Shown here in pieces: positions 57,805-64,000 of a stretch of DNA of 64,000 bases. The first letter of the stretch is position 1, and every line of letters starts with the position of its first letter. Under the pieces are notes generated by a model. That model worked only from the letters and a program-made list of their open reading frames with translations. It had not been told where the DNA came from and searched no databases. The DNA is from a virus. The position numbers were made by a program, and so were the translations under genes. The stretch covers positions 4,927 to 68,926 of the IMG/VR virus record IMGVR_UViG_3300005471_000014; one strand, 5' to 3'.

Positions 57805-57879
57805 TGGATGCGGAGGCAGGAGTTGCACCTGCGACCTCATGGGTATGAACCATGCGCGCTGCTACTGCGCCACTCCGCG
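57805..57879 (-). tRNA. tRNA-Met(CAU), initiator-like
   Basis: CGCGGAG/CTCCGCA stem with C1:A72, CATGG-TTCATAC-CCATG arm, T arm GCAGG-TGCAACT-CCTGC, encoded CCA. Confidence 0.85.
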
Positions 57880-57918
57880 GTTTGACAAGGAACGAAAAAG
57901 GAAGGGTGGAGGCGCGAG

Positions 57919-58500
57919 ATGAAACGGCATCATCTGAGCTTCAAGGGAGTTCCCCTTGATACCGTGTCCGCGATCAAGCTGTACCTTGCGAATCTAACCC
58001 AGTATCTCGCCGCGAACCCCGCGGACATCGAGGTGCAAGTCGGCGCACTCGCCGAATGCTTCGTTTCGATCGCGGGCGACGCTATCGAAATGCAAACGCT
58101 CGTCGCTGAGCGCGTGCGCGCGTGGATCGTCGAGATGCGCGAAGCCATCGCACTTCGGCAGGCTCGCCCTGAACTGACCCAGCTTGAGCAGCATGTGCTC
58201 GGCACGATCATCAATCACGGCGCCGCTATCTCAACGATCGAAATCTTGAGCAGGACGCACCTCGCACGCACGACCCTGAACGGCTCGTTGCGGCAGCTCG
58301 TTCTGAAAGGCCGACTGCTGCGCGAAATCCGTGGGCAGATTGGCTATTGGTCGCCGACCGAGAAGGGCCGCGAATTCCAACCTGAGCGCACACCCGAGGT
58401 CTCCTCATCAGGCGCTTCGATTCTGCCGATGCAGACTGCGGTGCTGCATCTGAGTGGCAAGCCGTGGAAGCAGCGGGGCCGCGGTCCCGCCAAACGATGA
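57919..58500 (+). CDS. protein with C-terminal winged-helix
   Basis: LTQLEQHVL..TIEILSRTHLARTTLNGSLRQLVLKGRL..TEKGR. Confidence 0.6.
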   Translation: MKRHHLSFKGVPLDTVSAIKLYLANLTQYLAANPADIEVQVGALAECFVSIAGDAIEMQTLVAERVRAWIVEMREAIALRQARPELTQLEQHVLGTIINHGAAISTIEILSRTHLARTTLNGSLRQLVLKGRLLREIRGQIGYWSPTEKGREFQPERTPEVSSSGASILPMQTAVLHLSGKPWKQRGRGPAKR

Positions 58501-58784
58501 GCGCCGCGATTTCGTTGCTTGATGCGGCCGGCAATCCCTATCGAACGCGGACCGCATTGGGATCAAGATCGCGGCGCTCGCCCCTCGCGACAGAATTCCC
58601 CCGCGATGCCCGATGGCATCGATTCACCAGCTCGCCAGCGGTGCCTCGGGGATTGGCGGCGCGCTCACCGCGCAGACGTGGGCCGTTGAACCGGGTTACT
58701 CGCGTCTATGTCAGCTTCCCTCCGGACGGGTTGGCGAGTGAGCAGTCCGGGCCACTTTCTTCAAACTGTCAGGGCGGACCGAAC

Positions 58785-58982
58785 ATGGATGCCGAAGGCG
58801 TGCGCAGACGGTTGCGCGAGAAGGGCGTCGGGTTCACAACACAGAAGGCACTTGCCGAAGCCATCGGCATGTCGCCGCAGGCTTTGAACGGGATCATGAG
58901 GGGGAAGCGCGAGCCGACCGGGAAGCTGCTCGCGTTCCTCGGCCTCGAACGTGTCGTCCGCTACCGGATAGCGAGACGCTGA
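58785..58982 (+). CDS. small XRE HTH protein
   Basis: TQKALAEAIGMSPQALNGIMRGKREP. Confidence 0.75.
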   Translation: MDAEGVRRRLREKGVGFTTQKALAEAIGMSPQALNGIMRGKREPTGKLLAFLGLERVVRYRIARR

Positions 58983-59475
58983 GCGCTCGCTGAGCCTATA
59001 TATAAGGAGTGAACGGTGCAGCAAGGAAACCAGGCTGGTCAGGGAAGACCGTCCGTCCTGCCCGCCCGCAGCCTCTATGGTTAAAGACGGGGAAATTGGG
59101 ACTTCGCCGAAAAATGTTTTCGCGGAGGCGGCCCGGCGAACGGATCAGCGCCTCCGCGCCTCCTAGATAACGGAAAGCACCGAGACCTCCGTCTCAAAAA
59201 GGGAGGGGGGCGAAAGCTCAGCCCCTTCTCTCGGATGCCACGGCGCAGCAGACTCGCTGGCCGTCCTCGGCTAACCACGGTCGGCTCCTTGTCAGGGTCG
59301 AGAAGGTGACTGTGGGTGGCGGAGGGGGGCAGGACGCCACAAATACGTCCTGCTCCCCTTCGATTTCCGTACAGGGTCAGTACACCGTCATGTTGCACAT
59401 GGACGAGCACCAACCTCCGACCAAACTCGCCAAAATCGATACATTTCCCGTTTTCAAGGGACAAGGGAGAATGGA

Positions 59476-60846
59476 ATGCCTCGATTCAAATGGATAACAG
59501 TCTCGATCAGCATCATCACGCTGTCCGCCTGCGGCGGTGGCAGCAGCTCCGATAACACTGTCACTTCAAACGCACCCCCTCCTCCGCCCCCGCCGCCGGC
59601 ACCAATGGTCGGCTACCTCTTGAACGTCAAAGGCGTGCGCTTTGAATCGTGCGGCGGATACAAGGGGTACACCGGAGCCGGCGGTGTCTTCGGCTTCGCG
59701 CAGCTCCTCAACTGCACTGTCTCCTTTTCGATCGGTGGCATGCCCCTCGGCTCGACTGTAATTGCCGATTGGAACGACATGGTCATCACGCCATACGATC
59801 TACATCAGGGCACGCTGTCCACTGACGCGGTCGCGCGCACGAACATCCTGACGCTAGCTCAAACGCTGAACGCTCGCCCCAATTCACGCGGCGTCATCGA
59901 GATCAGCTCAGAGACCGATCAGTTGGCGCATGACGCCGGATGGACGCCGATCGATTACGCTTCGATCGATTTCAACTCGATTGCTTCCGCTGAAATCCAG
60001 AAGCCACTCGTCGATAGCGCGCGCGCGACCAGCGACTACAACCCTTCAGTGAGTTGCCTTCACGTCGGCTACTTCTTCGGAGGCACGAGTGGCTCAGTGG
60101 CAGGGCCATCCGATTCCAATGGCAACCCGACAGAAACCAATGTGGTGACGACGCTCATCAACGGCATCGCGACGCCCGATGGCAATGTATGGCTCGCGCT
60201 CAATCGCGTTACGAATTTCTACAGCTCAGATTTGGCGTCGGACTACGATCGCCTTTCGGGCAGAGTCATCCCAACCACCATGGGGCTCGGCTTCGACGCG
60301 GTCGGTTCCAAGATTTCCAGTCGTCTCTTTTTCAAGTCGGCCTTCCACTTGAATGGAGATGTGAGCCTCATCGGCAATGGAGATTGGAAGGGCGTCCTCA
60401 CTACAACCCAGGACCAACGGATTCTGGAACTCTCGGACGCGCCTCCTGGGAAGGCCGTCAAAGACGCGCCGAATTGGAATGATATACCCGACCTGAAATT
60501 CGCCGGGCGTACGGCCGATACCTACCTGCTCTCACTTGAGGTGTACGCCGACGATGGTGTCCGTGTCATCGTGAATAACGCGATCGCCAACACGGTGACG
60601 AAGCGCGGCGATCAAGCGCTACTCAGAGGCTTCATCGATGCCAACGACAACGTGACAGCCACTGGCCACACGGGATCAGACCAAGAGGAGCGCTCGTACA
60701 AATTGGTCGGCAAGATCGATCGCGCGAAAATGATCTTCACCGGCTATGTCATGACGTGGACGCCTACCGCGCCCAATCCAGTCCTGTACATGGAATTCAC
60801 CGAAGAGGCGCCCGCAGAGGGCTGCGCCGTCTTCCCTCACGTCTGA
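59476..60846 (+). CDS. lipoprotein, paralogue A
   Basis: lipobox LSAC-GGGSS, Pro-rich tether, shared motifs with next gene. Confidence 0.8.
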   Translation: MPRFKWITVSISIITLSACGGGSSSDNTVTSNAPPPPPPPPAPMVGYLLNVKGVRFESCGGYKGYTGAGGVFGFAQLLNCTVSFSIGGMPLGSTVIADWNDMVITPYDLHQGTLSTDAVARTNILTLAQTLNARPNSRGVIEISSETDQLAHDAGWTPIDYASIDFNSIASAEIQKPLVDSARATSDYNPSVSCLHVGYFFGGTSGSVAGPSDSNGNPTETNVVTTLINGIATPDGNVWLALNRVTNFYSSDLASDYDRLSGRVIPTTMGLGFDAVGSKISSRLFFKSAFHLNGDVSLIGNGDWKGVLTTTQDQRILELSDAPPGKAVKDAPNWNDIPDLKFAGRTADTYLLSLEVYADDGVRVIVNNAIANTVTKRGDQALLRGFIDANDNVTATGHTGSDQEERSYKLVGKIDRAKMIFTGYVMTWTPTAPNPVLYMEFTEEAPAEGCAVFPHV

Positions 60847-60876
60847 TGAAGTCCGCACCAAAAAGGAGACAATAAC

Positions 60877-62289
60877 TTGAAGAACATCATCGGAACGACG
60901 TTCGTTCTCGCCTTGACACTCTGCGGATGCGGAGACGGAGGCAGCGATTCAGCTCCACCACCGCCGCCGACCGCCCCGGCAACGCCTCCCGTGAAAAGGA
61001 CGGGCTACTTCCTCAACGTCAAAGGCGTCCGCTACAAATCATGCGGTGGATACGAAGGCGTCACGGGCGATCGAGGTGCTTTCGACTATGCATCGTACGG
61101 CCAGTACAACGCACCCGACTGCCTCGTCACATTCTCGATCGGCAAGATGCAGCTCGGGTATCCCGTGCTCCTTGACGGCGACCCCTACACGCACAAAGTG
61201 GATGCCCTCGTCATCACGCCGTATGACCTCGTCAAGTACGACTATGACGCTCGTTTCAACGACGATCATTCTCCGGACCCCATCCATGAACCGGCGCGCA
61301 ACAACATCCTGACGATGCTGGAATCGTTGACGGCGCGCCCGAACTCGCGCGGCGTGATCGAGATCAGCACAGAGACGGATCAGTTCGCGGACTCTGCCGG
61401 ATGGTCGATCCTATGGGGCGCACCCGACTTCCGCGACCGTGCAACAGCGCTGCTCGGTCCTGCGAACAAGACGCTCGTCGAGACGACTCAAGCAATCAAC
61501 GACTACGCGCCGACCGTGAATTGCCGCAACACCGGCTACTACGACGGCTTTGGGTCCGGGGGTCATGGGACAACACAAGTGTACGACTCCAATGGCAAGG
61601 AGACGTTCGACTCCATCGATTTGGAGGTTCATGGTGTCGTCACACCGGATGGAAATGCGTGGCTCTATCTGATGGATAAGCAGTCGCCGTACAACCCCGT
61701 TAAGGTTGTTGACTATGACGTGTGGAGCGGCACGGTAGCGCCGGGCGCCTTCGGCCTGGGCTTCAATGCGGTTGGATCAAAATCGAGCGGGGCCGTCTAC
61801 TTCGAGGACGGATTCAACATGGCGGTAGATAATGCCACGCAAATCGGCGCGAAGGATTGGACGCCGGGCCGATTCTCGGTCAGGCAGGACGAGCGGGCCA
61901 ATGCGTTTACGCGCTTCACCAGCACGTCACCGCACTACTTCGATTTGCCGGTCCTGAAATTCGCCGGGCGCAACGATACCCATCTGCTATCGCTTGAGGT
62001 GTTCGCCGACAACACCGTGCGCATGATCGTCAACGATGCGAAGTCGGATACGAAAACCGGAAGCAGCGACGCTGCATTGCTAAGTGGTTCGGTCAGCGGC
62101 GATACCGTGACGGCCGAGTCAACGGGATCGCAACGCTCGTACAAGGCGGTTGGGACAATCGACCTCGCGAACATGACGGTCAGCGTCACTGTGACAGTGA
62201 CCACGCCGACCCAACCCGATCCGCAGCCCTACATGAGCATCACTGCTGCGTCCGGCTGTACGGTCTCCCCCACTCTCGATGCGACATGA
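60877..62289 (+). CDS. lipoprotein, paralogue B
   Basis: AGGAG SD + TTG, lipobox LCGC-GDGG, shares ARPNSRGVIEIS.ETDQ and LKFAGR..LLSLEV. Confidence 0.8.
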   Translation: MKNIIGTTFVLALTLCGCGDGGSDSAPPPPPTAPATPPVKRTGYFLNVKGVRYKSCGGYEGVTGDRGAFDYASYGQYNAPDCLVTFSIGKMQLGYPVLLDGDPYTHKVDALVITPYDLVKYDYDARFNDDHSPDPIHEPARNNILTMLESLTARPNSRGVIEISTETDQFADSAGWSILWGAPDFRDRATALLGPANKTLVETTQAINDYAPTVNCRNTGYYDGFGSGGHGTTQVYDSNGKETFDSIDLEVHGVVTPDGNAWLYLMDKQSPYNPVKVVDYDVWSGTVAPGAFGLGFNAVGSKSSGAVYFEDGFNMAVDNATQIGAKDWTPGRFSVRQDERANAFTRFTSTSPHYFDLPVLKFAGRNDTHLLSLEVFADNTVRMIVNDAKSDTKTGSSDAALLSGSVSGDTVTAESTGSQRSYKAVGTIDLANMTVSVTVTVTTPTQPDPQPYMSITAASGCTVSPTLDAT

Positions 62290-63125
62290 AAGGCACCATA
62301 AGAATGAATGCACGCCTCGTGATAATCATGCTCGCGCTCGGCCCCGCGTCGGCTAGCGCGAGCCCCCAATTTTATTTCGCTCTCGCGGGCGGAAAATCAC
62401 AGTTCAAGCAGTTCGAGGAGTTGCAGACCGCGATCTACTCGCGAATGGCGGATGAAGAATTCAAGATCGAATCGCTCGCGCGGTGTGGCCAGTGCGGTCA
62501 ACGTGAGGAGATTGCCTGGGCGTACAGCGCAACGGCGGGCGCGGAATTCGGAGCGCATTTCGCAGCAGAGCTGTCTTACAGCATGCTCGCGAAACCCGAT
62601 TACCGCGCATCGAGCACCCATTTCGCGCACCTGCCCGACAATCTCGGGGCGGCGAAGTATTCGCAAACGATGAACGCCCGAATCGATGGCCTCGCGCTCT
62701 CCGTCGTGGGCTACTTGCCGCTTGACTTGGGCTATCGAATCTACGGGCGCGCGGGAGCGCTTTACGCGCGAGCGCGTGCGAAAGGCACACTCTGCGGCAT
62801 CACCGAGACAGACGAACAATTCTGCTCGCCGCAAGTGACGAACGATGTGCTGACCGGTGAGCCGATCGGCGGATTCGCGCCCGGTCATCTTGGAGACGTG
62901 CGGGTCAGCGCGAACTCCCTGATGCCGACGCTCGGGATCGGCTTTGAATGCACCAATTGGAGCGGCCTCGGTTGGCGCATTGATTACAGCATCTACGGCC
63001 TCCGCAATCCGAAGTCGTCGAACGATGCGCCCCCATTGCAGGGCGTGCCCTCGACTGGCGTCGTTCAATTCCTGTCAGTCGCCGTGACACTTAATCTCAC
63101 CCAACTAATGAGGCACGAGCAATGA
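62286..63125 (+). CDS. outer-membrane beta-barrel (OmpA-TM-like)
   Basis: signal peptide, FYFALAGG, FAAELSY, LSVVGYLPL..IYGRAG, LGIGFE strands. Confidence 0.7.
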   Translation: MKGTIRMNARLVIIMLALGPASASASPQFYFALAGGKSQFKQFEELQTAIYSRMADEEFKIESLARCGQCGQREEIAWAYSATAGAEFGAHFAAELSYSMLAKPDYRASSTHFAHLPDNLGAAKYSQTMNARIDGLALSVVGYLPLDLGYRIYGRAGALYARARAKGTLCGITETDEQFCSPQVTNDVLTGEPIGGFAPGHLGDVRVSANSLMPTLGIGFECTNWSGLGWRIDYSIYGLRNPKSSNDAPPLQGVPSTGVVQFLSVAVTLNLTQLMRHEQ

Positions 63126-63412
63126 GACGACGACTCGTTTTTTTCTTTATCGCAGCTCTGATTGTCGGGTCCGCGCTCTACATGGTCATCGGACGCAGCA
63201 CACCGCATGCACTCACGCCGGAAGACACTGGCTCCTTGGGCTACCCTGATGAGGACCCCAGGCCGGGCCGCACAGACGGCGACTCCCACGGCATCACCAC
63301 ATACTTTGGCGACGCCGAAGAGAACAACGCCTCCAAACCGAAAAGTCCTTCGGAGCAACGCTGACGCGGCGGGCGGCCGGCATCGTCCAGCGGTCCCGGC
63401 CGCTTTTCCCGC

Positions 63413-63679
63413 ATGAGGCCCGACGCGATGACAGCAGCAAATCAATCATTTGCGGGATGCAAGGAGTACATCCGCATGTGCGCCGAGAATGAATCGACGA
63501 TCTATGTGTTACCGGCCGAAGCCGAGTCCATTGCCGCGGCCCATCCTGGCGTGTACACGCTGACGAAGATGCAACTCACCGACGACGAGGCACGCCAGCT
63601 CAACGAGAGTAACGCCAGGGTCCACGCGCAGCAGGCGTGGCGTCGCCTGGTTGTTAGAAATCATGAGGGTCAATCATGA
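63413..63679 (+). CDS. hypothetical protein
   Basis: coupled to next ORF. Confidence 0.45.
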   Translation: MRPDAMTAANQSFAGCKEYIRMCAENESTIYVLPAEAESIAAAHPGVYTLTKMQLTDDEARQLNESNARVHAQQAWRRLVVRNHEGQS

Positions 63680-63999
63680 AGCTGAGTCGCGTAATCCTAT
63701 TCGTCGTCATCGCGAACATCGCGCTCTACATCTGGTTCGCAGCGACACGACCCGCTCACGCAGAAGCAGCGCCACCGTTCGATCGCAAGCATTCAATTGC
63801 GAAGCGCCGCGACACTCAACTCATCATTGAGCGTGGTGAGGGGGAAATGCTCCGCGAGTGGAGATGCCAGGACGAGTACCGCTCCGCTCCCATTCCGCTG
63901 TGGCGGGACACCCTCCGATTCGATGGCGGAGGCCATGCGGAAGAGCACGCCGCATCGAGCACCTGCGACGAAGCCGACCGAGCCATTAGCGCGACGTAG
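63676..63999 (+). CDS. secreted / membrane-anchored hypothetical protein
   Basis: N-terminal hydrophobic helix, GAGGGTCA upstream. Confidence 0.5.
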   Translation: MKLSRVILFVVIANIALYIWFAATRPAHAEAAPPFDRKHSIAKRRDTQLIIERGEGEMLREWRCQDEYRSAPIPLWRDTLRFDGGGHAEEHAASSTCDEADRAISAT

Positions 64000-64000
64000 A

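Noticed and set aside
1-64000. Lysis cassette and small terminase
   Set aside because: No endolysin, holin-spanin or TerS motifs recognised; they may lie outside the window or be too divergent to see.

Overview
The whole window reads as one GC-rich temperate tailed phage, with no housekeeping host genes seen. The csrA and lipoprotein genes suggest a gammaproteobacterial host (inference). Layout: (i) 0.1-7.7 kb, rightward small early genes. (ii) 7.9-11.6 kb, leftward Cro-like HTH, DUF1376 replication initiator, loader-like gene, Q-like regulator, a DIP1984-like coiled-coil gene and a structured RNA enclosing a tRNA-Thr. (iii) 11.8-25.7 kb, rightward repressor, ERF recombinase, orphan antitoxin-like genes, xis/tyrosine integrase, SLOG protein, DUF1064 and csrA. 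(iv) 25.7-56 kb, leftward podovirus-like virion operon (TerL, portal, GroES, scaffold, capsid, fibres, nozzle, ejection proteins; no tape measure seen). (v) 56-64 kb, tRNA-Met, HTH genes and a cassette of two paralogous lipoproteins plus an outer-membrane barrel. The standout is 14.3-16.5 kb. A stand-alone RAMP/Cas7-like gene and a coupled partner gene are followed immediately by an ~860-nt non-coding array with 5-nt (GGN-NN) periodicity, punctuated into ~15 units by GGCA-type tetramers. This is a candidate non-CRISPR RNA-guided system. Also notable: the ~340-nt nested RNA after the DIP1984-like gene, a 19-bp palindromic operator in six copies, and an 18-20-bp promoter-like motif in three copies. 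All family calls come from motif recognition by eye; no searches were run.
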